From positions 15,006 to 79,005 of the forward strand of contig JAJYQO010000079.1 of NCBI GenBank assembly GCA_021794575.1: 64,000 nucleotides of DNA. The letters run 5' to 3'. The DNA is from Pseudomonadota bacterium (GTDB lineage Bacteria; Pseudomonadota; Gammaproteobacteria; Xanthomonadales; Rhodanobacteraceae). The translations under genes and the position numbers were made by a program. Of the stretch, positions 32,350 to 41,808 are shown one piece after another; within the stretch, counting starts at the first letter, position 1; each line of letters opens with the position of its first letter. Below the pieces are notes generated by a model, which searched no databases, was not told the origin of the DNA, and was given only the letters and a program-made list of their open reading frames with translations.

Positions 32350-32878
32350 CGCCGGTATCGCGCGCCACCGCCACCAGCGCCGGACGCAACAGGCGCTCGT
32401 TGAGCAGGTAGCCCTTCTGCAGCACGGCCACCACGGTGTGCGGCGCATGGCCCGGCGCATCGACCATGCTCATGGCCTGGTGGCGTTCGGCATCGAAGGG
32501 CTGGCCCAGCGGATCGATCGCTGCCAGGCCGTGCGCCTGCATCACGCGCTGCAGTTCCTTCAGGGTCAACTCCATGCCGGCGCGCAGGCTGGCGGCATCG
32601 GCGTTCTCCACCGCCAGGCCGCGCCCGAGCGCGTCGGCCACCGCCAGCAGGTCGCCCAGCACGCGTTCATTGGCGAACTTGCGCGCCTGTTCCAGATCGC
32701 GCTGCAGGCGCTTGCGCTGATTCTCGATCTCGGCGCGCTCGCGCAACATCATCTCGCGCGCGCTGGCGGCGGCGGCCTCGGCCTGGGCCAGGCGCTCGCT
32801 GAGCGCGGCCAGGTCGGCGTCGAGGGCTTCGGACGTGTTCTCGGACGTGTTCTCAGGTGGGGTCTCGGGCGTGGTCAT
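32345..32878 (-). CDS. grpE: Nucleotide exchange factor GrpE
   Basis: RAEIENQRKR, FDAERHQAM, QKGYLLNERLLRPALV. Confidence 0.96.
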   Translation of the reverse strand: MTTPETPPENTSENTSEALDADLAALSERLAQAEAAAASAREMMLRERAEIENQRKRLQRDLEQARKFANERVLGDLLAVADALGRGLAVENADAASLRAGMELTLKELQRVMQAHGLAAIDPLGQPFDAERHQAMSMVDAPGHAPHTVVAVLQKGYLLNERLLRPALVAVARDTGA

Positions 32879-32955
32879 CGGCTGGGCTCGGCAATGCTAA
32901 AGCGGACGCCGCGCACGGCGCGGGCCGCGTACGGGCTCGGGAAAGGACGCGGGTG

Positions 32956-34017
32956 TTATGCGGGCGTGATGATGCGATTCAAGATGCCGCCGAGCAGGTC
33001 GGCGCTGGTCTGCACCACCTGGATCACGCGGTCGTAAGCCATGCGCGTCGGACCGATCACGCCGATGCTGCCCAGCACGCGGCCCTGCGCACCATAGGTG
33101 GCTGTGACCATGGTGCAGCCGGCCAGCGGCGCGAAGCCGCTCTCCTCGCCGATAAACACGCGCACGCCCGGCGCATCGGCGCAGTTCTCGAACAGGGCCA
33201 GCAGTTCGCGCTTCTGCTGGAAGGCTTCGAACAACTCGCGTAGCCGCGTCAGATCCGATAGATCCTGCACGCCCATCAGGTTAGCCTGGCCGCTGACGAC
33301 CATGTCCGGCACGCTCTCCGGACCGGGCTGCACGGCATGCGCGGCCAGCTCGATCGCGCCGCCCAGCGCCGCGCGCAGGGCACCATCGGCGGCGCGCAGC
33401 TCGCGTGCCAGTTGCACGCGGATCTCACCCAGACGCAAGCCGGCGAAACCGTTGTTGAGCAGCGCCGCGGCGCGCTCAAGTTCCCCCGGCTCGGGCCGGC
33501 GGGTCAACTGCAGGATGCGGTTCTGGATGTGCTGGTTGGCGAACACCAGCACCGCCAGCACGCGCTCGCCGGGCAGCGCGACGAACTCGATCTGGCGCAG
33601 CGGCAGGTCATCTTCGCGCGGCACCGTCACCACGCCGACGAATTGGGTCATCGCCGAGAGCAGCGCCGAAGCGCCAGCCGCCAACTCGCGCGAGTCGCCG
33701 GGCACCTGCTGCAGGCCGCGCGCCAGACGCTCGCGATCGGCGGGCGGCAACGGCTTGATCTCGAGCAGGCTGTCGACGAACAGGCGCAGGCCCTGCGGCG
33801 TCGGCACGCGCCCAGCCGAGGTATGCGGCGAGGCTAGCAGACCGGCGTCCTCGAGGTCGGACATGATGTTGCGGATGGTGGCCGGACTGACTTCCAGCCC
33901 AGCCGAGCGCGACAGCGTGCGCGAGCCCACCGGCTCGCCGCCGCTGAGATATTGCTCGATTAGGCTGCGCAGCAGTTGCCGCGCGCGCGCATCGAGACCG
34001 GGAAAATGGGCTGCCAT
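32956..34017 (-). CDS. hrcA: Heat-inducible repressor HrcA
   Basis: YLSGGEPVGSRTL, SPATIRNIMSDLE, SPHTSAGRVPT, GVIGPTRMAY. Confidence 0.97.
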   Translation of the reverse strand: MAAHFPGLDARARQLLRSLIEQYLSGGEPVGSRTLSRSAGLEVSPATIRNIMSDLEDAGLLASPHTSAGRVPTPQGLRLFVDSLLEIKPLPPADRERLARGLQQVPGDSRELAAGASALLSAMTQFVGVVTVPREDDLPLRQIEFVALPGERVLAVLVFANQHIQNRILQLTRRPEPGELERAAALLNNGFAGLRLGEIRVQLARELRAADGALRAALGGAIELAAHAVQPGPESVPDMVVSGQANLMGVQDLSDLTRLRELFEAFQQKRELLALFENCADAPGVRVFIGEESGFAPLAGCTMVTATYGAQGRVLGSIGVIGPTRMAYDRVIQVVQTSADLLGGILNRIITPA

Positions 34018-34046
34018 GGACTGCACCGGGCCGAACTGCAGCATGC

Positions 34047-34073
34047 ATAAGGCCTGCGCGCCGGCCTTGCAAG
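34047..34073 (-). promoter_or_regulatory. Possible sigma32 promoter for hrcA-grpE
   Basis: Minus strand CTTGCA-N15-CCTTAT, a partial match to the consensus. Confidence 0.45.
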
Positions 34074-34145
34074 TCCCGCCGTCGAACTTTGCGGTGCGCG
34101 ACGGCACGCCTAGAATCGCCTGAACGTCATGGCCGCCCGATCCGC

Positions 34146-35816
34146 ATGCTGACCACGCTTTACGTGCGCGACCTCGCCGTGGTCGCCGAAGCCGAGATCG
34201 CGTTTGGCCCCGGTCTGACCGTGGTCACCGGCGAGACCGGCGCCGGCAAGTCGCTGCTGGTCGATGCCCTGCTGCTGCTGGCCGGCGCACGCGCCGACGC
34301 CACGCGGGTGCGCGCGGATGCAGTCCGTGCCGAAGTCAGCGCCGAGTTCGACCTGGGCGACAGCGAGGCCGCACGCAACTGGCTGCTCGCAGAGGCACTG
34401 GACGATGGCGGAGCCTGTCGTCTGCGCCGGGTGATCCAGGCCGAGGGCGGCTCACGCGCGTGGATCAACGGACGCCCGGTGACGCTGGTGCAGCTGCAGG
34501 CGCTGAGCGGGCATCTGCTGGAAATCCATGGCCAGCACGAACACCAAGCGCTGCTGCAACGCGAACAGCAGCTCGCCCTGCTCGATGCCTTCGGCGGGCA
34601 CACCGAACTGCTGTCGCGCGTGCGCGAACTCGCGCAGCGCCTGCGCGACGTGGCGCGCGAAGCCACGCAACTGGGCGACGGCGAGGCGCGAGAGGCGCGG
34701 CTGACCTTGCTCGCGCATCAATGCGCGGAACTGGAGCGTTGGGCGCTGTCACCAGAGCGGTGCGCCGCGCTGGAGGCCGAACAGCGCCGCCTGGGCAACG
34801 CCGAGCGCCTGCTGTCCGGCGCCGGCGCGCTGTCCGAGATGCTCGATGGCGACGACGGACTGCGCGTGCGCCTGGTGCGTGCCGGCACCGAACTGGCCCG
34901 GCTGGCGGAACTCGATCCGCAGCTGCGCGCCTGCTGCGAACTGATCGATACGGCACGTATCCAGATCGAGGAGGCCGGCAGCACGCTCGGCCACTACACC
35001 GAGGCGCGCGATCTCGATCCGCGGCGGCTGGCCGAAGTCGAAACGCACCTGCAGCACCTGCATGACCTCGCGCGCAAGCACCGCACCGCGCCGGACGCGC
35101 TCGAGGACGTTCTCGCCCAACTGCGCGACGAGCACACGCAACTGCTGGGCGCCGGCGCGCGCATCGACGCGCTGACGCGCGAGCGCAAATCGCGGATGCG
35201 CGACTACGAAACCGCCGCCGCCCGGCTTTCGGCTGCACGGGTGCAGGCCGCGCAGCGCCTAAGCAGCGAGGTCGGCATGCTAATGGCGCAATTGGGCATG
35301 CCCGACGGCCGGCTGGAGGTCGCGCTGCAGACCGGTGCAGCGGATGCTTTCGACGTGCAGGGCCGCGAGCGCTGCGAATTCCTGATCAGCACCAATCCCG
35401 GCATGCCGCCGCGGCCGCTGCGCCGCATCGCATCGGGCGGCGAACTGGCGCGCATCAGCCTGGCGCTGGAAGTGGCCATGCTGGGGCTCGACGATGTCGG
35501 TTGCATGGTGTTCGACGAGGTCGACACGGGTATCGGCGGTGCCGTCGCCGAGATCGTCGGCCAGAAGCTGCGCGCGCTGGGACGGGTGCGCCAGGTGCTC
35601 TGCGTGACGCACCTGGCACAGGTGGCCGCGCAAGGCCACGCGCACCTGCAGGTCAGCAAGCACAGTGCCGACGGGCAGACGCACACGCGCATCGCGGTGC
35701 TGGACGTCGGGGGTCGCCATGACGAGCTGGCGCGCATGCTGGGTGGTGTGTCGATCACCCGCGAGACGCGCGCGCACGCGCGCGCCATGCTGGAACGGGC
35801 GCAAGCCGGAGCCTAA
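34146..35816 (+). CDS. recN: DNA repair protein RecN
   Basis: TGETGAGKS, ASGGELARI, VFDEVDTG, VTHLAQVAA. Confidence 0.97.
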   Translation: MLTTLYVRDLAVVAEAEIAFGPGLTVVTGETGAGKSLLVDALLLLAGARADATRVRADAVRAEVSAEFDLGDSEAARNWLLAEALDDGGACRLRRVIQAEGGSRAWINGRPVTLVQLQALSGHLLEIHGQHEHQALLQREQQLALLDAFGGHTELLSRVRELAQRLRDVAREATQLGDGEAREARLTLLAHQCAELERWALSPERCAALEAEQRRLGNAERLLSGAGALSEMLDGDDGLRVRLVRAGTELARLAELDPQLRACCELIDTARIQIEEAGSTLGHYTEARDLDPRRLAEVETHLQHLHDLARKHRTAPDALEDVLAQLRDEHTQLLGAGARIDALTRERKSRMRDYETAAARLSAARVQAAQRLSSEVGMLMAQLGMPDGRLEVALQTGAADAFDVQGRERCEFLISTNPGMPPRPLRRIASGGELARISLALEVAMLGLDDVGCMVFDEVDTGIGGAVAEIVGQKLRALGRVRQVLCVTHLAQVAAQGHAHLQVSKHSADGQTHTRIAVLDVGGRHDELARMLGGVSITRETRAHARAMLERAQAGA

Positions 35817-35824
35817 ACACCCGC

Positions 35825-36445
35825 TCAATGGGTGATCAGGCCGCGCTCGCGCGCGAGCCGGTAAAGATCCAGCTCGGAGCCGGCACCGAGCTTGCCCATC
35901 AGGCTGGCGCGGTGGATGTAGACGGTCTTCTGGCCGATGCCCAGCTCCGCCGCCGCCTGTTTGGGCGTCAGCCCGCGCGCCAGCAGCAGGAACACCTCGT
36001 GCTCGCGTCCGGTCAGGCGCGCCAGCGGGTCGACCTCGCCGCTGGCGCGCCTGCGCGCGATGTCGCTGCTGAGGAACTGGCGGCCGGCCAGCACCTCGTG
36101 CAGACCGGCGATCAGTTCCTCTGCCGCCGCGCACTTGCTGACGTAGCCCCACGCGCCGCGGCGCAGGGCCTCGGAAATGTAGGGCTCGCTGTCGTGCATG
36201 CTCAACACCACTACACGCAGACGCGGGCGCACGCTGAGCAGGTGCTCGAGCAGCGGCAGTCCGCCGCCATTGGGCAGCGACAAATCCAGCACGACCAGGT
36301 CGGCCGCCTGCGCGAGGATGGTTTCCAGCGCTTCCTCGGCGTCACCGCATTCGGCGATGACCTCGAGTCCGGGCTCGGCTTCGATCAGGCGCTTGAAACC
36401 CTCGCGCACGATGGCGTGGTCATCGACCAGCACGATGCGCGTCAT
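35825..36445 (-). CDS. NarL/UhpA-family response regulator
   Basis: VLVDDHAIVREG, VVLDLSLP (phospho-Asp), LTGREHEV LuxR HTH. Confidence 0.93.
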   Translation of the reverse strand: MTRIVLVDDHAIVREGFKRLIEAEPGLEVIAECGDAEEALETILAQAADLVVLDLSLPNGGGLPLLEHLLSVRPRLRVVVLSMHDSEPYISEALRRGAWGYVSKCAAAEELIAGLHEVLAGRQFLSSDIARRRASGEVDPLARLTGREHEVFLLLARGLTPKQAAAELGIGQKTVYIHRASLMGKLGAGSELDLYRLARERGLITH

Positions 36446-36495
36446 GGCGCAACGATAGCAGGCCCGCGCGATTGCGCCGCCTGTACCATGCCGAC

Positions 36496-38094
36496 ATGTG
36501 GCGCAACCCCCTTACCCGGTCCGCGCAGCTCTGGCAGGGGCCGCTGGCCGCGCTGGGGTACGGCGCAGCCTGGTTCGGTCTCTTCCAGGTCTCGCAGTTG
36601 TACTGGTTTCTGCCCGCCGGCCTGCGCTTTGGCGCGCTGTTGCTGGCGCCGCGCCGGCTATGGCCATGGCTGATCGGCGCCGAGTGGTTGACGAGCCTGG
36701 CGCTGCACGGGTTCGGCGCGCACGCGGTACACGACCCACTGCTGCTGGCATGGATGGTTGTGCCGCAACCGCTGGCGATCGCGCTGCTGGTGGCGCTGCT
36801 ACGGCGACGCGGGCTGCCGGTGCTGATCGAACGTCCCGAGCGCACCGCGCGTCTGCTGGTAGGCGCCCTGCTGGCGGCCATGGTGTGTACCGCCATCAAC
36901 GCGCCCATCCTGCCGCAGCTGGTCGGCGCGCCGCTGGCGCACACCAGCAGCGTGCTGGCCAACTTCGCTTTGGGCGACTATCTGGGCATCCTGCTGCTCA
37001 CGCCGCTGCTGGTGATGCTACTGCGCGCACCACCGGACGCCGCGCGGGCGCGCTACCTGCTGACCGACCTAGCCCTGATCCTGCTGCCGACCATTCTGGT
37101 CCTGCTGCTGATGATGGACGCAGGGCCGATACTGGCGCGTTACGCGCGGGTGCTGACCCTGGTACCGGTGCTGTTTTTCGCGTTCCGGCACGGCTGGCGC
37201 GGTGCCAGCCTGTCGATGCTGGCCAGCAGTGCGGCGGTGACCGCCAGCAGCAGCCTGCAGATGAGTCCGGAAGCGCCCGCCGAAGCCCAATTGTTTCTGG
37301 CCGTGGCCGGCACTGGCGCGTTGCTGCTGGGCACTGCCACCGACGCCCTGCGCCTGAGCGGCATGCGCCAAGCCCTGCAGAACGCGCGACTGGCCAACGC
37401 CAACCAGCGTCTCGACCAACTGGCTCGGCAGCTGGAATCGGCTGCGCGGCGCAATCTGCGTGAGGAAGAAGGCGAGCGCAAGCGCATCGCCGCCGAGTTG
37501 CACGATGAATTGGGCCAGAACCTCACCGCCATCCAGATCCGCGTCAAAATCGCGCAGAATCGCCTGGAGAGCGCTGGTCTCGGCGACGTCGCCGCTTCGA
37601 TCAACGACATCGTCGCCACCATGCGGCGCAGCCTGCGCGAGTTGCTGGAATCGCTGCGGCCGGCAGCACTGGGCGAATTCGGCCTGGCGCGTGCGCTCAC
37701 CGAAGGCCCGCTGCGCGAGCTGATCCAAAGCGCTGGCATGGCGTACCACGTCGAAGTGCATGGCGATCTGCGCCCGTTGGACGAGGCTATGCGCAACACG
37801 CTCTACCGCATTGTCCAGGAAGCAGCCACCAACTGCGCGCGCCATGCGCGCGCGCGACGCTTCGACACGCGCCTGCGCATCGGCAAGCGCCACGAGCAGC
37901 TGCTCATCCTGCTGGATGTGCGCGACGACGGCGTGGGTTTGCAGGGCGCCGGCGGTCCGCCTATTGGACTCGGCCGCGGCCTCACCGGCATGCGCGAGCG
38001 CGTGTTGGCGCTGGGCGGCACCTTTCGGCTGACGCACAGCGGTCAGGGCCTGCGCCTGCGTATTCTGCTGCGCCAGCCGCAACCGCCAGGTTGA
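36496..38094 (+). CDS. MASE1-domain sensor histidine kinase (UhpB-like, HisKA_3)
   Basis: Multi-TM N-terminus (WFLPAGLR, GDYLGIL), ERKRIAAELHDELGQ, QEAATN, DDGVG, GLTGMRERV. Confidence 0.92.
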   Translation: MWRNPLTRSAQLWQGPLAALGYGAAWFGLFQVSQLYWFLPAGLRFGALLLAPRRLWPWLIGAEWLTSLALHGFGAHAVHDPLLLAWMVVPQPLAIALLVALLRRRGLPVLIERPERTARLLVGALLAAMVCTAINAPILPQLVGAPLAHTSSVLANFALGDYLGILLLTPLLVMLLRAPPDAARARYLLTDLALILLPTILVLLLMMDAGPILARYARVLTLVPVLFFAFRHGWRGASLSMLASSAAVTASSSLQMSPEAPAEAQLFLAVAGTGALLLGTATDALRLSGMRQALQNARLANANQRLDQLARQLESAARRNLREEEGERKRIAAELHDELGQNLTAIQIRVKIAQNRLESAGLGDVAASINDIVATMRRSLRELLESLRPAALGEFGLARALTEGPLRELIQSAGMAYHVEVHGDLRPLDEAMRNTLYRIVQEAATNCARHARARRFDTRLRIGKRHEQLLILLDVRDDGVGLQGAGGPPIGLGRGLTGMRERVLALGGTFRLTHSGQGLRLRILLRQPQPPG

Positions 38095-38149
38095 AGGCCG
38101 GCCACGCCCAAGTGCAGCGGACCACCCGCGCGTGATCCGGACGCGATTC

Positions 38150-38216
38150 GGGAACTTCCCTAGGAAACTTTCCAATTGCCGCGAACTTCGCAACTTGTTT
38201 ACATGGATTTTATCTT
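38150..38216 (+). promoter_or_regulatory. Tandem palindromic operator-like boxes plus a candidate -10 (TATCTT)
   Basis: GGGAACTTCCC (38150), GGAAACTTTCC (38163), GCGAACTTCGC (38181), then TTGTTTACAT and TATCTT (38211-38216). Confidence 0.6.
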
Positions 38217-38220
38217 TGGG

Positions 38221-38442
38221 GGTGCCGCCATCGGAGCGTGGCGGTCTGGCAGAGGCCGTTGGGGCGGCATCTGTCGAGCGGGTGGTGAACCCGCGGCGCG
38301 GACAGGGATCGCCGTTGCGCGCCGGAGGTCAGGACGATCCCGGCGATACGCCTGGCTTTGGGGAGCCGGGTCCGCGGGCGGCCAAGGAGGCACGCCCGCG
38401 CTTCACTCTCAAACGCCCGCCTCGCGCGGGCGTTATTTTTTT
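38221..38442 (+). ncRNA. Candidate structured small RNA with GGA motifs
   Basis: Upstream promoter-like elements, six predicted stem-loops including a final terminator-like hairpin with T-run, no credible ORF. Confidence 0.5.
38412..38442. terminator. Bidirectional intrinsic terminator at the fur 3' end
   Basis: AACGCCCGC-CTCGC-GCGGGCGTT followed by ATTTTTTT on +; followed by TGAG (TTTGAG including the stem end) on -. Confidence 0.75.
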
Positions 38443-38900
38443 CCGGTGCCGGCGCGCGCGCCGATCTTGCCCGTCTCAGTACCAGCGGCGCGCGGCACGC
38501 GGCGCGGACGCACGTAAAGCACCAGGCTGTGCTCCTCCAACTCGTAACCATGCCGCTGCGCGATCGCGCGCTGCAGGCGCTCGATGTCCTCGTCCACGAA
38601 CTCGATCACCTTGCCGCTATCCAGATCGATCATGTGGTCGTGGTGGCGTCCGCGGTTGAGCTCGAAAACCGCCTGTCCGCTTTCGAAATGGTGCTTGTTG
38701 ACGATGCCGGCCGCCTCGAACTGGGTTAGCACGCGGTACACCGTGGCCAGACCGATGTCCTCATTGTGCTCGACCAGATGCCGGTAGACATCCTCGGCGG
38801 TGAGGTGGCGCGGATGGCCACCCTGCAGGATAGTGAGGATGCGCACGCGGGGATGCGTCACCTTCAATCCGACGCGGCGCAATTCCTGCGAGTGGTCCAC
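38433..38900 (-). CDS. fur: Ferric uptake regulator
   Basis: GLKVTHPRVRIL, GLATVYRVLTQFE, HHDHMI; GTG start at 38900. Confidence 0.96.
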   Translation of the reverse strand: MDHSQELRRVGLKVTHPRVRILTILQGGHPRHLTAEDVYRHLVEHNEDIGLATVYRVLTQFEAAGIVNKHHFESGQAVFELNRGRHHDHMIDLDSGKVIEFVDEDIERLQRAIAQRHGYELEEHSLVLYVRPRRVPRAAGTETGKIGARAGTGKK

Positions 38901-38967
38901 AGCGCACTCCCCGAACCAAACGGCTCGCAGTGTATCATCCGCTCCTTTGAACGCCGGCGCAGGGCGC

Positions 38968-39420
38968 ATGCAAATGATCAATCGCACGTGGACACTCGTG
39001 GCCGCCATCGCGCTGGCTTCCGGCATCGCACTCGGCGGCTGCGGCATCATCTACAAGCCCGACATCCAGCAGGGCAACCTGCTCGAGCGCACCAATGTCC
39101 ATCAACTCAAGCCTGGCATGAGCAAGCGTCAGGTGCTTTCTTTGCTGGGCCAACCTTCAGTGATCTCGCCGTTCGACAGCAACCGCTGGGACTACGTCTC
39201 GACTTTCCAGCATCGCGGTGGCAAGACATTGCAGCGCAAGCTGACGCTGATCTTCAAGAACGACGTACTGGTGCGCACCGAAGGCGAGTACTTCGCCGAG
39301 ACACCGCAGGACATGCTCAAGGCGAGCCAGAGCTTCGAGGGCAACTACAAGCCCAACACCGAGAGCGCCGGCGCAAACGGCGACATGAAGGACGCGCAGC
39401 CTGCCGCCGGAGGCAACTGA
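38968..39420 (+). CDS. bamE: Outer membrane assembly lipoprotein BamE
   Basis: Lipobox LGGC, YKPDIQQGN, GMSKRQV, RWDYV. Confidence 0.95.
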   Translation: MQMINRTWTLVAAIALASGIALGGCGIIYKPDIQQGNLLERTNVHQLKPGMSKRQVLSLLGQPSVISPFDSNRWDYVSTFQHRGGKTLQRKLTLIFKNDVLVRTEGEYFAETPQDMLKASQSFEGNYKPNTESAGANGDMKDAQPAAGGN

Positions 39421-39426
39421 TCGGGG

Positions 39427-39726
39427 TCAGCGCCGCCCGCGCTCGGCGCGGGCGCGGCGTGCCTGCATGGGATGTTGCGCGAGTGCGCGATACACCTCGA
39501 TGCGGTCGCCCTCGTGCAGGGGGTGCTGTGGCGCGACCGGCACGCCGAACACACCCAAATTACCCGCAGCGCGCCAATCGGCGTTCGGATAGCGAACCGC
39601 CAGACCGCTGGCGCGAACTGCGTCGCTGACGCGACTGCCTGCCGGCAGGCGCAACGTGCAGCGGAACACCGTATCGGCCGACGCCGCATAAACGACCTCG
39701 ACGCATAGATCGCCTGCGTCAACCAT
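39427..39726 (-). CDS. ratB: RnfH/RatB ubiquitin-like protein
   Basis: VEVVYA, GVFG, LHEGDRIEVYRAL..PMQARRARA. Confidence 0.9.
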   Translation of the reverse strand: MVDAGDLCVEVVYAASADTVFRCTLRLPAGSRVSDAVRASGLAVRYPNADWRAAGNLGVFGVPVAPQHPLHEGDRIEVYRALAQHPMQARRARAERGRR

Positions 39727-40177
39727 AGACGCGCCGCGCCTCGGCGCAAAAGTCGTTGACCAGCCGGTCGGCCAGTCCCTGAAAGCCCAGACGCAGCGCG
39801 GCACCCCACAGGCGCCCGGCGAATTCGAAACCGAGATCGAGACCGATGCGGCAACCGGCATCACCCAACGCCGTGAACGTGAACACTCCGTCCAGCGCCT
39901 GCAGTGGACCCTCGACCAGCCGCATTTCCAGACGCTCGTGCGGCGCCAGCGTGTTGCGCGTGGTGAAGCTTTGCACCATGCCGGCGAAACGCAGATCCAG
40001 GCGCGCGATCTCGAAGCCCTCGCCACGTTCCAGCACACGCGCGGCGGCGCACCAGCGGAAACGCATCGGGTATCCTTCCACCTCACTGACCAAGGCATAC
40101 ATCTGCGCCGGCTGGAACGGCACGATCGCGCTGCGCTGGATACGGGTCACGGCCTGCCTACTCTGCCCTTGCGGCAA
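39719..40177 (-). CDS. ratA: RatA / Coq10-like START domain protein
   Basis: RSAIVPF.PAQMY.LV..V..YP.F..WC, FTTRN, LVEGP; alternative GTG start near 40150. Confidence 0.92.
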   Translation of the reverse strand: MPQGQSRQAVTRIQRSAIVPFQPAQMYALVSEVEGYPMRFRWCAAARVLERGEGFEIARLDLRFAGMVQSFTTRNTLAPHERLEMRLVEGPLQALDGVFTFTALGDAGCRIGLDLGFEFAGRLWGAALRLGFQGLADRLVNDFCAEARRVYG

Positions 40178-40194
40178 TTCCGGATTGTACGGAC

Positions 40195-40680
40195 ATGAAC
40201 AAGCCCAAAGCCAAGAGCACGGGCGGCACCATCGCGCTCAATAAGCGCGCGCGTCACGAGTACCACATCGATGAGCGCCACGAGGCCGGCATCGCGCTGC
40301 AGGGCTGGGAGGTAAAGGCGCTACGCGCCGGCCGCCTCAACTTCGGCGACGCCTATGCACTGATCAGGGGCGGTGAGCTGTACCTGTTCGGCGCCTCGAT
40401 CACGCCGCTGATCAGCGCCTCGACGCACGTGGTGGCCGACGATCGCCGCACGCGCAAGTTGCTGCTGCACCGGCGCGAGATCGACGAACTGATCGGCGCG
40501 GTCGAACGCAAGGGCTACACACTGATCCCGCTGGCGCTGTACTGGAAAGGCCCGCACGTGAAAATCGAGCTCGGTCTGGCGCGCGGCAAGCAGCAGCACG
40601 ACAAGCGCGCCAGTGAGAAAGAACGCGACTGGAACCGCGAAAAGCAGCGCGTGTTGCGCGCGAAAAATCCGCCGGCCTGA
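40195..40680 (+). CDS. smpB: SsrA-binding protein
   Basis: [38 protein letters not shown]. Confidence 0.98.
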   Translation: MNKPKAKSTGGTIALNKRARHEYHIDERHEAGIALQGWEVKALRAGRLNFGDAYALIRGGELYLFGASITPLISASTHVVADDRRTRKLLLHRREIDELIGAVERKGYTLIPLALYWKGPHVKIELGLARGKQQHDKRASEKERDWNREKQRVLRAKNPPA

Positions 40681-40753
40681 ACGCCGCCGCACGGCGCGCT
40701 TGAGCTGCCGCCGCCCTGCCCGCATACTGCCGCTGCCATCACGAACCGTTTCC

Positions 40754-41107
<354 letters not shown>

Positions 41108-41138
41108 TCGACTAATTCCAAGTTCGATGAAGTCACCC

Positions 41139-41164
41139 AAGCCCGCGTCCAAGCGGGCTTTTTT
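41139..41164 (+). terminator. tmRNA terminator
   Basis: AAGCCCGC-GTCCAA-GCGGGCTT followed by TTTT. Confidence 0.85.
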
Positions 41165-41260
41165 CTGCATGGGACGCTAGCGCCCGACAGCAAGACCAGA
41201 TTCCATAAACCTTTGTCATGTTTCGGCTCCGAACGTGATCCATTCCGGGCTGTCCCCGTC

Positions 41261-41612
41261 TCAGACAGCCGGCACGTTCACGTGCCCGGTTTTGCCGTAG
41301 TCGGGAATTGCGGTCGCGGGCGACCAGGGTGTAGCCGCCGAAGCGCGCGGTGGCGACCAGCAGGCGGGCCGCCGGTGCATCTTCCTCGCCCATCTCGGTT
41401 GCCCTGGGCTCTTGAGGCATCTCGACGATGTCGCCGAGGCTTTCGCCGGGCCTTTCATGTAGCCGAACAGGCATTGCGCGGTGCCGTCATCGATCGGCAC
41501 GACGCGGACCGCCGGCCTGCCGCGCTGGGTGATCACCAGCGGCGGGTGGGCGGCGGTGACTTCGTCGAGCAGCTTGAGACATTTGGCTGAACTCGGCGGC
41601 GTTGACGTTCAT
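41261..41612 (-). pseudogene. Decayed Phd/YefM antitoxin fused by deletion to a PIN (VapC-like) toxin C-terminus
   Basis: MNVNAAEF then a frameshift to AKCLKLLDEVTAAHPPLVITQRGRPAVRVVP..LFGYMKG; then a PIN C-terminal-like segment (PAARLLVATARFGGYTLVARD / IPDYGKTGHVNV) split over frames. Confidence 0.75.
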
Positions 41613-41808
41613 GGCGGACTCTGATGCCAGTTGCAGTGGTCATTTCAGGGCGGGTCTTAAGGATGATGCAGTTCTCGTGCGTCCCGCATTGTCATAGCGA
41701 TCCACGGCCAGCAATGCCCCCGCTGTGGAGTGCGGCGCCTCGCCCATCTCACCCTCGATGTGCGCGGCCACCTCGAACCCGCGGGTCTGTCTGTCGAGTG
41801 ACGTCCAC

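Noticed and set aside
32831-32854. 12-nt tandem duplication (GGACGTGTTCTC x2) in grpE
   Set aside because: In-frame duplication in the variable, disordered GrpE N-terminus (ENTS x2); no wider repeat family
33900-34145. CIRCE operator near hrcA
   Set aside because: No TTAGCACTC-N9-GAGTGCTAA found; only sigma32-like promoters
38221-38442. Candidate sRNA as SRP RNA, RNase P RNA or 6S RNA
   Set aside because: Only AGGTCAGG resembles SRP and the GGAAGGAAGCAGC loop is missing; no GAGGAAAGTCC for RNase P; multi-hairpin fold rather than the 6S rod. The overlapping ORFs (38176-38517 and others) look non-coding.
41773-41783. 11-nt match (CGCGGGTTCGA) to the tmRNA T-arm as a possible attR
   Set aside because: Opposite orientation and too short; att repeats would be direct
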